Origin: Promethearchaeota archaeon
GTDB taxonomy: Archaea; Asgardarchaeota; Lokiarchaeia; Sigyniarchaeales; SOKP01
NCBI GenBank assembly: GCA_030599585.1
Contig: JAUVNS010000002.1
Coordinates: forward strand, 224,001-288,000
Direction: 5' to 3'
Length of the DNA stretch: 64,000 nucleotides
Part shown: positions 29,336-39,243 of the stretch, piece by piece
Numbering within the stretch: position 1 is the stretch's first letter
Layout of the letters: each line of letters opens with the position of its first letter
Translations under genes and position numbers: made by a program
Notes under the pieces: model-generated
The model's input: only the letters and a program-made list of their open reading frames with translations
Databases searched by the model: none
Told to the model about the DNA's origin: nothing

Positions 29336-29553
29336 TTAAATCACCTTTGGTTAAAACATCACCCAAATAATAAATTGCTTCTAGTTCTATTTTTAATTTT
29401 AATAAAACCTTTTTGTGTTTGGAAATTATTGCATTAATTTATTTTTTCTGGTTAAGCTGATAAATTCTAACCAATTTTATCAATATCTTATACAAATATC
29501 TAATTATAAATCTACGAGATTTAATTCAAGATTTTAATCACATTAAGTTTTTT

Positions 29554-29763
29554 ATGGATTTTTCATTGGATCTAATTATGGTGGAGCAAGAAGAAAACAA
29601 AAAAGAAGAATTTGCTCGAGAATTTATGACCGAGGAAGGTCTGAAAGGTAAAGCAAGGAGAATAAAAATCATGACCATTATCGATAAAGTAGGATACGAT
29701 AAAGCAAAAATAAAAGTTGCTTATCTCCGGTCAACTATAACTGAAAGAATTCACCATGAATAA
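29554..29763 (+). CDS. Small hypothetical protein (likely start ATG 29578)
   Basis: Charged, protein-like ORF upstream of serS. Confidence 0.55.
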   Translation: MDFSLDLIMVEQEENKKEEFAREFMTEEGLKGKARRIKIMTIIDKVGYDKAKIKVAYLRSTITERIHHE

Positions 29764-29856
29764 TTCTTTTATTTTTTAACACGCAAAAATTATTTGCATA
29801 AATTAATTTAATGATTGTTTATAATAGAACTTAGAAATTTTATATTATAATGAGAT

Positions 29857-31146
29857 TTGACTTTGAGAGACATAGAAGATTTTAGAGCTAATATAGATGC
29901 TATCATCGAAACTGAAAAAAAAAGATTTAAAGACCCACAAAATGCCAAGAAAGTTCTAGAATTCGATATATTGTGGAGAAATGTACTCCAAGAAATTCAA
30001 GATTTAAGAAAGCAAAGAAATGACTTCTCTAACGAGATAAGTCGGTTCAAAAAATCCGGTGAGCAGGAAAAAGCTAATACTGCAATCGAAAAATCAAAAC
30101 AAGTTAAAGAAACAATCGATGAACTTGAGAAAAAAAGGATTGTGTACCTTGAGGAACGAGAAAAATTTAGATATATAATCGGAAACGACTTACACAAATC
30201 CGTTCCAATTGGAGAAACAGAGGAAAACAATGTCATTATCAGGGAATATGGTGAGATACCCATATTTGACTTTAAACCATCCTCACATGTCAACATTATT
30301 CGTGATATAGGTGGTGCTGACACAAAGAAAGCTTCTGAAGTAGTAGGATCTCGATTTTACTACTTGAGAGGTGACATAGTTTTACTTAATTTGGCACTCA
30401 TTAGATTTGCTTTAGATAAATTAATTAGTAAAGGGTATGAACCTTTATGGACACCTTTTTTCATAAAACACGAAGTAATGAAGGCTGCAGCAGAATTAGG
30501 AGATTTTGAGGAATCCCTCTATAAAATACAAGACGAGGATCTCTATATGATTGCAACTTCAGAGCAAACTCTAGCTGCTTTTCATTACGATGAAATTTTA
30601 GATCCCGATTTACTCCCTTTAAAGTATGCCGGAATATCTTCTTGCTTCAGAAGAGAAGCAGGTTCCCATGGGAAAGACACATTAGGTATATTTCGAGTAC
30701 ACCAGTTTGAAAAGGTTGAGCAATATATTTTCTGTAAACCTGAAGACTCTTGGGACATTTTTACGGAGTTAATATCGAATGCAGAAGAAATCTATAAAGA
30801 GTTAGAAATACCATTTCGAATTGTTAACATCGCATCTGGTGAATTAAATGACAACGCTGCCCAAAAATACGATTTAGAAGCGTGGTTCCCATCATCCGGC
30901 AAATATCGAGAATTAGGTTCATGTAGTAATTGTTTAGATTATCAAGCAAGGAAGTTAAAAGTACGTATAGGTAAAGTAGGTGCTACTCAAAAGAAAGAAA
31001 TAGCACATACTCTTAATTGCACTGCGATTGCTACAGAGCGTACAATTTGTTGCATTTTAGAAAATTACCAAAACCAAGATGGGACAGTTTCAATACCTAC
31101 AGTCCTTCAAAAATATATGAATGGGAAAAAAATATTAAACTCATAA
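29857..31146 (+). CDS. serS: Seryl-tRNA synthetase
   Basis: N-terminal coiled coil, ATSEQ, CFRREAGSHG, FRVHQFEKVEQ, SCSNC.DYQAR, HTLN. Confidence 0.97.
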   Translation: MTLRDIEDFRANIDAIIETEKKRFKDPQNAKKVLEFDILWRNVLQEIQDLRKQRNDFSNEISRFKKSGEQEKANTAIEKSKQVKETIDELEKKRIVYLEEREKFRYIIGNDLHKSVPIGETEENNVIIREYGEIPIFDFKPSSHVNIIRDIGGADTKKASEVVGSRFYYLRGDIVLLNLALIRFALDKLISKGYEPLWTPFFIKHEVMKAAAELGDFEESLYKIQDEDLYMIATSEQTLAAFHYDEILDPDLLPLKYAGISSCFRREAGSHGKDTLGIFRVHQFEKVEQYIFCKPEDSWDIFTELISNAEEIYKELEIPFRIVNIASGELNDNAAQKYDLEAWFPSSGKYRELGSCSNCLDYQARKLKVRIGKVGATQKKEIAHTLNCTAIATERTICCILENYQNQDGTVSIPTVLQKYMNGKKILNS

Positions 31147-31163
31147 ATTAAAATTGATCAACC

Positions 31164-32396
31164 ATGATTGAAGTTTTATTAGAAGAATTTGAAGATTATT
31201 ATAAAGAACAGCTCGAATCACAATTTTTTAAGGTAAAAAAAGCGGTTAAAAAGCTATTATCTGATATCAACGCAAGTTTACTTGAAATTAAGGTGTGTAC
31301 CGATCATTTCATAGAAGCTGGAGAAGGTAATATAGATGATAAAGCTCTTAAATCATTACACCTATTTTCTGATAAAATAAGAAAGGAAATCGATGAAGTT
31401 GGAGTACCAGAAGAAGAGATCACATACGACGCGATGTATAATCTTTTAAACTCGATTAAAAAACTGTTTACTAACATTAACGATATAGCAAAAAAATCGA
31501 TCCCTAAATTTCAAAAAGAGTTACAGTCTGAAATTAAGGAATTAAGTTATATCACTCGCAAATTAGGTAACAAGCAAAAGGTTTTAGACGAATTTCTAAG
31601 AAAAAAATATACGGATGTAAAAGATGCAGAATATCTACTGAAAAAGTTACCGAAATTGTTTGCTCTGAAAGAAAATATTGAAAACGCTAAATCTGACTTA
31701 GATGGGTTCGAAAAAGAGTTAGAAGAGCGACAATCGGAGCAAGAAAATTTAACAGAAGCTCTCAAAAAAATCGAAAAAAATGAGCTTTTTAAAGAACAAG
31801 ATCAGCTGGAAGCTAAGTTAGCTCGTTTAAGAATGGATATTAACAATCAGTTTGGATTTAAAAAAGCTCTTAAAAAGTTGAAATTTGAATTAGAAAAAGA
31901 TACAATGCACATTCCAAATATCAACATTTATTTCTTGAGAGACTTTTTAAAGAACCCAATTAATACGTTAGTTAATGATAGCAGAGATTTACCTAAATTT
32001 TCAGCATTACTCATCCAATTACGGCATATATTAGAAGACAATAAACTTAACCTTAAATCTGATGTAAAAGATAAAACTATTCAGCAAATTAATACTATTT
32101 TTAATGAGAAAAATATTCAAAATGAAATAGACAATTTAAAACTACTCCGCTCTGAAATTAATGATATTAAGAAAAAGATAGAACATGAAGGATTAGCAGT
32201 TAAGAGAGATGAAATTAAAAATAAGATTTCGTTGAATACCGTAAAATTAGAACACTTAGAAAGCGATCTCGATAGGAAAAACAAGGATTATCTAAGATAT
32301 TTATCTTCTCTTAAAAATGAAAGAGAAGAGATTCAAAAGTCAATAAAAGATCATATAAATCAGGAAGTTAAATTAAGTATTACCTTTAACTTCTAA
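31164..32396 (+). CDS. Coiled-coil hypothetical protein
   Basis: 410-aa K/E/L-rich heptad ORF. Confidence 0.7.
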   Translation: MIEVLLEEFEDYYKEQLESQFFKVKKAVKKLLSDINASLLEIKVCTDHFIEAGEGNIDDKALKSLHLFSDKIRKEIDEVGVPEEEITYDAMYNLLNSIKKLFTNINDIAKKSIPKFQKELQSEIKELSYITRKLGNKQKVLDEFLRKKYTDVKDAEYLLKKLPKLFALKENIENAKSDLDGFEKELEERQSEQENLTEALKKIEKNELFKEQDQLEAKLARLRMDINNQFGFKKALKKLKFELEKDTMHIPNINIYFLRDFLKNPINTLVNDSRDLPKFSALLIQLRHILEDNKLNLKSDVKDKTIQQINTIFNEKNIQNEIDNLKLLRSEINDIKKKIEHEGLAVKRDEIKNKISLNTVKLEHLESDLDRKNKDYLRYLSSLKNEREEIQKSIKDHINQEVKLSITFNF

Positions 32397-32436
32397 TAAT
32401 ACTTCACTTTGTTTTACTAATCTGCTTCTGTAATTT

Positions 32437-32601
32437 CTAAACCCTTTTTTTCTTATCTTTTCTTTTCTTCTTATGTAGACCTCTTTCAAAACGGTATCCC
32501 AAAAGTTCTTCTGATTCTTGACCTTGACGAATACCCTCTACTTTCTTTTTTTTAAAAATTCTTAATTTAGATTTTTTTGAATCGGATTGTTTATAATTCA
32601 T
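32437..32601 (-). CDS. Small very basic protein (54 aa)
   Basis: MNYKQSDSKKSKLRIFKKKKVEGIRQGQESEELLGYRFERGLHKKKRKDKKKRV*; purine-rich SD-like AAGGGA upstream; below ORF-track cutoff. Confidence 0.5.
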   Translation of the reverse strand: MNYKQSDSKKSKLRIFKKKKVEGIRQGQESEELLGYRFERGLHKKKRKDKKKRV

Positions 32602-32699
32602 TTTATCATTCCCTTTTGTATTTATTCATTCATATTTTACAATTTTAATATGTAAATATACGCTCTGTTTTTTAGTTTTATTACTAATACAAAGGTTAG

Positions 32700-33428
32700 T
32701 TATTTTTTCTTTATAATCTTAAATTCTCTGTTATTCTTTAAACTTCTTTTCTGTAGCACTAATTTCAAATTATGCTTTAAAAATTTAAAGGTCTCAGTTT
32801 CAATTAAGTCAAAAATTTTAAGATACTCGAATCCTAACAATAAATCTTGTTTAATATCAATATCGAATCCCGCCCGAAAAGAATCATATACTGATATATT
32901 TAAGTTCCGACTTTGAGCATCTTTTAATAAGGCAACAAAAGAAGGAATGTTTGGGTCTGAAAAATAGGTGGGGAGAATATCGGGGGGGTTTCTTCCGAAT
33001 ATGGAGATTCCAGCAGAGTGAATTGCGGGGCAAACTACAAGCTGGTTTGATTTCATTAAATTACTGATTTCCATCAAATTATTTTCGGATAATAATATTA
33101 CATCCAAAAAAGTAAAAATAGTACTAACCGCATCGTATTCTTTTATTGCAATATTGTTCAGGTCATTGATCACTAAATCAAACGATTTACGAGGATGTGT
33201 GAGTTTTTCTTTAATTCCAATTAATCCAAACTCTTCTGCTAATTCTAAAATCTCTTCGTTATGGCAATACACGATCTTATTGTCAAAACTATCAACATTC
33301 TGGACTTTTTTTGCCAAGTCTTTAAACATGGCTATAGTTAAATCCTTGAGTAATTCTTTGGGAAAACAATCTCTAAGACGAGATTTTGTCCGTGATAATG
33401 GAGCAATAGGAATTAAAAGAACGCTCAT
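32700..33428 (-). CDS. cofC: 2-phospho-L-lactate guanylyltransferase-like protein (F420 biosynthesis)
   Basis: LIPIAPLSRTKSRL at N-terminus, FDIDIKQDL near C-terminus. Confidence 0.7.
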   Translation of the reverse strand: MSVLLIPIAPLSRTKSRLRDCFPKELLKDLTIAMFKDLAKKVQNVDSFDNKIVYCHNEEILELAEEFGLIGIKEKLTHPRKSFDLVINDLNNIAIKEYDAVSTIFTFLDVILLSENNLMEISNLMKSNQLVVCPAIHSAGISIFGRNPPDILPTYFSDPNIPSFVALLKDAQSRNLNISVYDSFRAGFDIDIKQDLLLGFEYLKIFDLIETETFKFLKHNLKLVLQKRSLKNNREFKIIKKK

Positions 33429-33485
33429 TATGAAATTTAGGAAAAGTTATAATTTAAAATATACCAAAATTAGTTGTTTAAAAAA

Positions 33486-34049
33486 TTACTTTAAATTATT
33501 TAAAATTTGAATAGATAAACTTTCAAAAGCCAAATCAACATTTTCATTAAGTTTAGCAGATGTTTCAAAATATTGGATACCAAGTTTCTCTACTTCAGCT
33601 TCAATTAGCGAATTGTCTACATTTCTGTCTAAGTCTTTTTTATTTCCAACTAAAACATAAGGCACATCCCCGCTTAAATCTTTTAGCGTAGAAAGCCAAA
33701 AGTCAATATTTTGGAACGTTTGTAAATCGTTTAAGCTAAAAACAATCATAGCTCCAACAGCTTGAACAAAATAGTATTCTGTGCTGAAGAGCTTGTCCTC
33801 TTGACCTCCAATGTCCCAGAAAAACAATTTAAATCCCTTTTCCTTAATATCCTGCTTCAATTCAGGTTTTTCTAAGTCTAATTTATCAACTATCTTACTT
33901 AAATCAATTTCTTTTATCAGGAAATTAGCGCCTATCGTTGGCGTATAATCCTCGTGAAATTTACCATCTACGTATCGAGCTAATAACGAGGTTTTTCCGA
34001 CTGAGGGATTACCACAAAGTATAACTTTACCACGGTATGAAATTGCTAT
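33486..34049 (-). CDS. Rab/Ras-like small GTPase (non-AUG start; ORF track misses the P-loop)
   Basis: Frame extends to GNPSVGKTS (G1), YTPTIGANF (G2), WDIGGQ (G3), NKKD (G4), ETSAK (G5). Confidence 0.9.
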   Translation of the reverse strand: MAISYRGKVILCGNPSVGKTSLLARYVDGKFHEDYTPTIGANFLIKEIDLSKIVDKLDLEKPELKQDIKEKGFKLFFWDIGGQEDKLFSTEYYFVQAVGAMIVFSLNDLQTFQNIDFWLSTLKDLSGDVPYVLVGNKKDLDRNVDNSLIEAEVEKLGIQYFETSAKLNENVDLAFESLSIQILNNLK

Positions 34050-34232
34050 CAGCCTCCTCTAACTTTCACTAAAAAATTATAATACCACATAGTTTTTATC
34101 CCCTATGATTTTTTATCAATATGTTTATCATTAAACACTTTAATTTAAACTTAATTTTATTTTTGTTTTTCCGTTCTAATTCTATTAAACTAACGTAACC
34201 TTTGTTTGAGTATGCGATTTATTTAAAATAGA

Positions 34233-35087
34233 TTAAACTGGATATGGTACTTTTACTGGAGTTAACTTTATCTCTTTCGTTTCTGAGCTAATAAAGTGTC
34301 TAAATAAATGCTCGTAGCCTATTATTTGACTCTGCTTTCCGTTTTCCAACCATAAACCAGATGTGTATTCCGGAGCTTCTTTTACCTGATCTAAAGTAGT
34401 TAACAAAAATCCATAATCTGCGATTAACAATCCGAACGGAATGACGTTTTCACCCTCGATTGAATGGATCTTTACAGAAATTTTTAATAATTTCTTGATC
34501 TCTTCCTTAAGTTCTTCAAAGTATTTAAAGGCAATTACGATTTCCATATCTGATGAGAATTTCTTACTCCAGATTTCCTTTAATATCCACTCGTGACCTC
34601 CTAATTCTTTAATCAATAAATCAGGGGTCATTATGAAATATATTCTGTTTTGAGAAGTGCTAATTAAATCTTTTATTTTCTTTCTAATTTTATCCCTTGA
34701 ATTTATCGCCCATACCCTTGGCTCGACTTCTTCTTTATCAATTTCCAATTCAGCAATCGCTTTTTCGATCGTTATAGTATCGTCAATTTTTTTCTTGAAA
34801 TTGTCTCTAAGCGTTTTAAAAACCCGACTAATGGGGATCACTTGATAATTTGCACCCCTTTTTACTGGTTCTTTTTGGATAAACCCTTTTTCAATTAACC
34901 GATTAAGACTATCATATACCCTAGCACGGTCAACATCAGAAAATTTTGCTATATCTGCCGGACTCAATATTTTATATTTTGCAAGAGCTAACAAAACCTT
35001 TGAATCATTTTTCGTAAATCCTAATGACTGTAAGGCAAATTCAATATCAGATTCTTCAAGTTTTATGTTTTCGCGACTATACGACAA
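34233..35087 (-). CDS. TrmB-family transcriptional regulator
   Basis: LQSLGFTKND...SPADIAKFSDVDRARVYDSLNRLIEKGFI HTH plus C-terminal effector domain. Confidence 0.85.
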   Translation of the reverse strand: MSYSRENIKLEESDIEFALQSLGFTKNDSKVLLALAKYKILSPADIAKFSDVDRARVYDSLNRLIEKGFIQKEPVKRGANYQVIPISRVFKTLRDNFKKKIDDTITIEKAIAELEIDKEEVEPRVWAINSRDKIRKKIKDLISTSQNRIYFIMTPDLLIKELGGHEWILKEIWSKKFSSDMEIVIAFKYFEELKEEIKKLLKISVKIHSIEGENVIPFGLLIADYGFLLTTLDQVKEAPEYTSGLWLENGKQSQIIGYEHLFRHFISSETKEIKLTPVKVPYPV

Positions 35088-35502
35088 GAGCTAAATCTTG
35101 ATCCTTTTTTATTCGTATTACATAACTAATTCTAAAACTGTTATTTTAATTTATACATTTAAAAAAAAAAAAAAAAAATAATCGCAAATAAATTAGTAAA
35201 ACTCCAATAGAGGCGAATTGACAAAATTCTTTAATAAAATAGCCGTCAAAGTTTAAGAAACGCTTGTGTAAAATTCAAGTGTCAATATTATAATAAAAAC
35301 CGAGTTTCATTTTTTTCATTATATTAAAACTTTAATAATGGTTTTATTTTTTGCGTAAAAAATAGGCGAATTATGTGAGAATGACTTTCGAGTGAATTTT
35401 AACAATCAAAGATTTTTTATTTCCTATTTAATAAAAAATAAAAATTTTATTCAAAAGGGGTATTTTGTCGCTCAGAAAATTTTGCTATATCTGCCGGACT
35501 CA
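34936..35502 (+). repeat. Exact 31-bp direct repeat (34936-34966 inside trmB; 35472-35502 intergenic)
   Basis: TCAGAAAATTTTGCTATATCTGCCGGACTCA present at both positions. Confidence 0.95.
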
Positions 35503-35643
35503 CGATAATTAGTTAATTTCATTTCCAAAAACTATTGTTCCGAACCATAATATTTATATAATAGAAATTCGTAGTTATTATTAATTATAAATCTATATTA
35601 AAACATTTAAAATACCAAAAAAAAAATAGTGGAGGAATAAAAA

Positions 35644-35874
35644 ATGGCCAAAAAAGCTCCTGCAAAAAAATCTGACGGTTATATCGCTAAAGCACCAATT
35701 CGAAGATTAATGAAAAAGGAAGGTGCTGATTTAGTAGCTGCTGACGCCCTTGATAAATTAATAGGGTATTTAGAGAAACAAGCAGCAAATGCGACGAAAG
35801 AAGCAATTAAAATAACCAAAGCAGACAAGCGTAAGCGTGTAACTGCTGCAGATATTCGTAAAGCTACTCGATAG
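35644..35874 (+). CDS. Archaeal histone (HMf-like) with short Lys-rich N-terminal extension
   Basis: IAKAPIRRLMK..GA..VA.DA...KRKRVTAADI; SD GGAGG; TATA TTTATATA at 35553. Confidence 0.92.
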   Translation: MAKKAPAKKSDGYIAKAPIRRLMKKEGADLVAADALDKLIGYLEKQAANATKEAIKITKADKRKRVTAADIRKATR

Positions 35875-35949
35875 AAAGTTTGAGTTAAATTTTCAAATTT
35901 TTTTTCTTATTTTTGTTTTAAGCTTCTAATTTGTTTTAAAGAGCGCTCT

Positions 35950-36483
35950 TTACTTGAAATTTTCAAAAAATTCTTTGTTTAAAAATTTGTTAATATTTTG
36001 AGTTAGCTTTTGCTTCACGGAATCTAAACCTTCGGGGAGAACTCTTGTGTTTCCGATTATATCAATAAATCCTAACTCTGTGCCATATCTTGGAACTACA
36101 TGGATATGTAGGTGGTCTATACTTGCCCCAGCATAATTTCCTTGATTTATTCCAATATTATAGCCTTTTGGATTATATAAATCATCGAGTAATAGTTGCA
36201 AACCCTGAATCGTTCTATTCAAATGCAAAAGTTCCTTTTTCGTTAACTCGGTATATTTTGTAATGTGTCTGTTTGGAACGCACATGAGATGTCCAGGATT
36301 GAATGGATAAAGATTTAACAGCACAAAACAGATATTATCCTCATAAATTTTTAAAGAGACTACTTTCTCGTCGTTTTTTTTAACTGAGCAAAAAATGCAA
36401 TCAACATCTGGTCTTTTTTTACCTTGAACATAGTCTAGTTTTCCTAAGGCTTGTAGCCATTTGTCAAAAATTATTCTACTCAC
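35950..36483 (-). CDS. HIT-family nucleotide hydrolase (Ap4A phosphorylase-like)
   Basis: CIFC, NLYPFNPGH, AGASIDHLHIHVVPR. Confidence 0.92.
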   Translation of the reverse strand: MSRIIFDKWLQALGKLDYVQGKKRPDVDCIFCSVKKNDEKVVSLKIYEDNICFVLLNLYPFNPGHLMCVPNRHITKYTELTKKELLHLNRTIQGLQLLLDDLYNPKGYNIGINQGNYAGASIDHLHIHVVPRYGTELGFIDIIGNTRVLPEGLDSVKQKLTQNINKFLNKEFFENFK

Positions 36484-36499
36484 TTTTTGAACTTAATTG

Positions 36500-37036
36500 T
36501 TATGAATATAATGAAAAGTCGGCAGTAAAATCTTTAGATTTAGTTATATCTCCTGGTTTTATCTTTCCTAAGCAATGTTCGTTAAGGAGCATATTAGAAT
36601 AAGCAGAACACGTAAAAACCTTTCTAACACTCTTGAAAAAAGAATTTTTCGAGATAGTTCCATCTTTTTTGAGAAACATCTGTTCACTTATTTCATACCT
36701 GAATTTCTGAGTATCTATTCTAAAAAAAACATCTTTTATGAGGAAAAACTTTCTGATATCCATGAAAAAGAAGATTTTTCCATTATCTTCTAACGAGTTC
36801 AAAGCATCAACTTGTTGGGGAGCTATTTGAATTGGATTTGATATAATAATTAAATCCTTATTTTTTGGTTTTATTACTACCATTTTTTGCGCAATAGGAC
36901 CTTTTGTATTTGGGAATACAAATTGAAAACCAAACTCAAGTTTTTTTTCATCGATCGGAAGTTTGTTTCTTAAAAGCCCTTCGTCAAGCAAATAATCTTG
37001 AATTAGGTTTTTTATATTATTAGCGTTATCTGTCAT
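36500..37036 (-). CDS. Hypothetical protein (DUF2299-like)
   Basis: IQDYLLDEGL N-terminus and overall pattern recalled for DUF2299. Confidence 0.5.
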   Translation of the reverse strand: MTDNANNIKNLIQDYLLDEGLLRNKLPIDEKKLEFGFQFVFPNTKGPIAQKMVVIKPKNKDLIIISNPIQIAPQQVDALNSLEDNGKIFFFMDIRKFFLIKDVFFRIDTQKFRYEISEQMFLKKDGTISKNSFFKSVRKVFTCSAYSNMLLNEHCLGKIKPGDITKSKDFTADFSLYS

Positions 37037-37158
37037 TATGATTCTTATTCAATGTTTATATACAAACCATTTATTTTTTGTGGATTTGATTGTTTTATTG
37101 AAAAAACTTAATTCATGAAGTTTAAGCGAGAAAAAAGAATTAATAATTGCGGAAAATC

Positions 37159-37521
37159 TTAATATTTGCCTTTCGGTCTAGCTTGGGGCTGAATCCCAGC
37201 GTCCTTTAATTTTTCTATGTTTTTATTAAGTTCTTCCGATGAGGAACAATACATTATTTGGAGAGATTTAACATCTATGAAAAGCGTTCCCACAATCCCC
37301 AATCCCATAAGTTTATTATCCTTATTGATAAAAGTATTATCAAGATTCATTTTAATTGCTTGTTTACTGTTCTCGAGTTCAACAAGTTTGGGCTGACAAG
37401 CGGTATATCCAGGTCCTCTATTGGTAATCAAATAACTCATTAACGCATAATCTAATTCATCGTTTATTTCTCCCTCCTCTTGGAGGACTTTTATCACATT
37501 TGGAGCATCTGGCAACGACAT
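37159..37521 (-). CDS. Hypothetical protein
   Basis: 120-aa ORF in co-directional run. Confidence 0.6.
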   Translation of the reverse strand: MSLPDAPNVIKVLQEEGEINDELDYALMSYLITNRGPGYTACQPKLVELENSKQAIKMNLDNTFINKDNKLMGLGIVGTLFIDVKSLQIMYCSSSEELNKNIEKLKDAGIQPQARPKGKY

Positions 37522-37572
37522 TTTCGCTAATTGACTTTAATGGGATAAAATAAAAAAAATTGTAATAAATAA

Positions 37573-37842
37573 TTAGGTACGTTTATCAATCTGTACACGA
37601 TCGACGCTATGCAAAGCACAATTCATACTTTCTAACATCTCTTTAATTGATTCAAGTGAGAGTTCTTCAGTGCCTTTAATTGTTATAAATATCGATGTAG
37701 TTTTTTGATCTATCTCATCTGTTTTAATCTGGACAAACAAAACGCCGGGAACCTCCTCTAACGCTTGCGCAAGTCCGTAATTTGATGGAATGTGTGGCTT
37801 TAAGACATCTAAGTCAAATTCTATTCGACCCATTATTTGCAT
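37573..37842 (-). CDS. DUF211-family archaeal protein
   Basis: LDVLKPH.P...EID..T...ITIKG...ALHSVD. Confidence 0.75.
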   Translation of the reverse strand: MQIMGRIEFDLDVLKPHIPSNYGLAQALEEVPGVLFVQIKTDEIDQKTTSIFITIKGTEELSLESIKEMLESMNCALHSVDRVQIDKRT

Positions 37843-37927
37843 TTAAACCTTTTTTGAAGTATATTTTAAATATTTGATGGAAATTATTTCATTAATAGAT
37901 TAAATGGTATTTATAATTTATTTTTAT

Positions 37928-38626
37928 TTAGTTCATAAATTTTTCAAGGGTTTCAATTAATTTAAGTGGAATTTCTTCTGGTTCGATAATTTTATTAGCT
38001 TTCTTGAAAAATTCCCTTTTCAAGTAAATTGGAATTTTAGTGTTTAAAGCGATAGAGCGAGAACCTATGTTAACCGCTGCTTCAATATCTCTCCCGGTAT
38101 CTCCTATTACAACAATTTGATCAGGTTTTACATTTATTTTCTCACATATGAGTTTTAAATGATCTGGATGCGGTTTTAGATTTTCAGTATCGTCACGGCC
38201 TATTATGACTTCAAAGTAGTGAAAGATACCTACTGTCTCTAGTGAAATTCTTGCGTTGTTATGAGTATTATACGTGAAAATAGCTTGTTTAAGTTTTTTC
38301 TTTTTGGCAAACTCTAAAACTTGGTCGATACCATGAGTTAAACTTGCTTTAATGGCAGCATCGTGTTCGACTTGAATTACGACATTATTCACTTCGATAA
38401 TAATTTCTTTAATTTTTTCGGAAGAAAACCCTAACTCACTAAATATTACTCTGGAGTTTTTAACATTTTCTAAAATAGGTTTTTCAACTGAAAGGTTTTC
38501 TTTTGGTATCCCCGAATCTCTTAATACTCTAATAGCCTTCCTTCGAGCTTTAACCGAGTTAATTTTAAAACGTATTAAGGTACCGTCCAAATCCCATATA
38601 ATTGCTTTAATAGGTTTTTCGTTCAT
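37928..38626 (-). CDS. HAD-superfamily phosphatase
   Basis: WDLDGTL, KPHPD, IGDTGRDI. Confidence 0.9.
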   Translation of the reverse strand: MNEKPIKAIIWDLDGTLIRFKINSVKARRKAIRVLRDSGIPKENLSVEKPILENVKNSRVIFSELGFSSEKIKEIIIEVNNVVIQVEHDAAIKASLTHGIDQVLEFAKKKKLKQAIFTYNTHNNARISLETVGIFHYFEVIIGRDDTENLKPHPDHLKLICEKINVKPDQIVVIGDTGRDIEAAVNIGSRSIALNTKIPIYLKREFFKKANKIIEPEEIPLKLIETLEKFMN

Positions 38627-39211
38627 TTAATATACCAAATCGGAATATATCGGCCCTGTAGGGGTCAAAATAGATTTTTTTAGTTTTACCTGGCTTACGA
38701 TGAAAGATCCAAATTCGAAATTTTTGTTCTCGTTAATTAGTTTTTTTAGCGCATCAAAAGTTTTATAATTTACCTTATCCTTTCTCAATCTTCCTATCGT
38801 CAGATGTGGTTTAAATCCAGTTCTTTTATCTTTTTGAATTTTCAATCGCTCAAATAAGAGTTGCTCAATAGTGTTTTTAATTTGTTGCAAAAATTGAACA
38901 TCTCCAATAAGTTTTACCCATAAAACAGAGAATTTATTAAATTGACCAACCCCTCTTAGATTATATTCAATATTCTTTCCTTGAAACATGTTTTTGTTTA
39001 TATCTTCCTTCAAAATTTTATAAATTTTTGGTGCTATGGATTCAGAAATGTCTCCCAAAAATTTTACAGTTAAGTGAAGGTTTTCTGGTTCTACTACTTT
39101 AAGTTTAGACTGATTTTGTTTTAATCGAGATGAAAAAGCTTGAATTTTTTCAATCGTATTTTTGTCTTTTAACTCAATTGCTATAAATGCTCTAATCATG
39201 ATACCATCCAA
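38627..39211 (-). CDS. thpR: RNA 2',3'-cyclic phosphodiesterase (2H family)
   Basis: RAFIAI, two HxT motifs (LHLTVKFLG, PHLTIGR), SILTPTGPIY. Confidence 0.92.
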   Translation of the reverse strand: MDGIMIRAFIAIELKDKNTIEKIQAFSSRLKQNQSKLKVVEPENLHLTVKFLGDISESIAPKIYKILKEDINKNMFQGKNIEYNLRGVGQFNKFSVLWVKLIGDVQFLQQIKNTIEQLLFERLKIQKDKRTGFKPHLTIGRLRKDKVNYKTFDALKKLINENKNFEFGSFIVSQVKLKKSILTPTGPIYSDLVY

Positions 39212-39243
39212 ATTAAAGTTAAAAATCCAAGTGCTTTGACGCT

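Noticed and set aside
29857-31146. Functional link between serS and the adjacent selenoprotein operon
   Set aside because: SerRS does charge tRNA-Sec, but adjacency in one genome is not evidence without conserved synteny
35088-35643. Replication origin in the long AT-rich trmB-histone spacer (18-A run, repeated AGGCGAATT)
   Set aside because: No convincing ORB repeats and no cdc6/orc1 gene in the window
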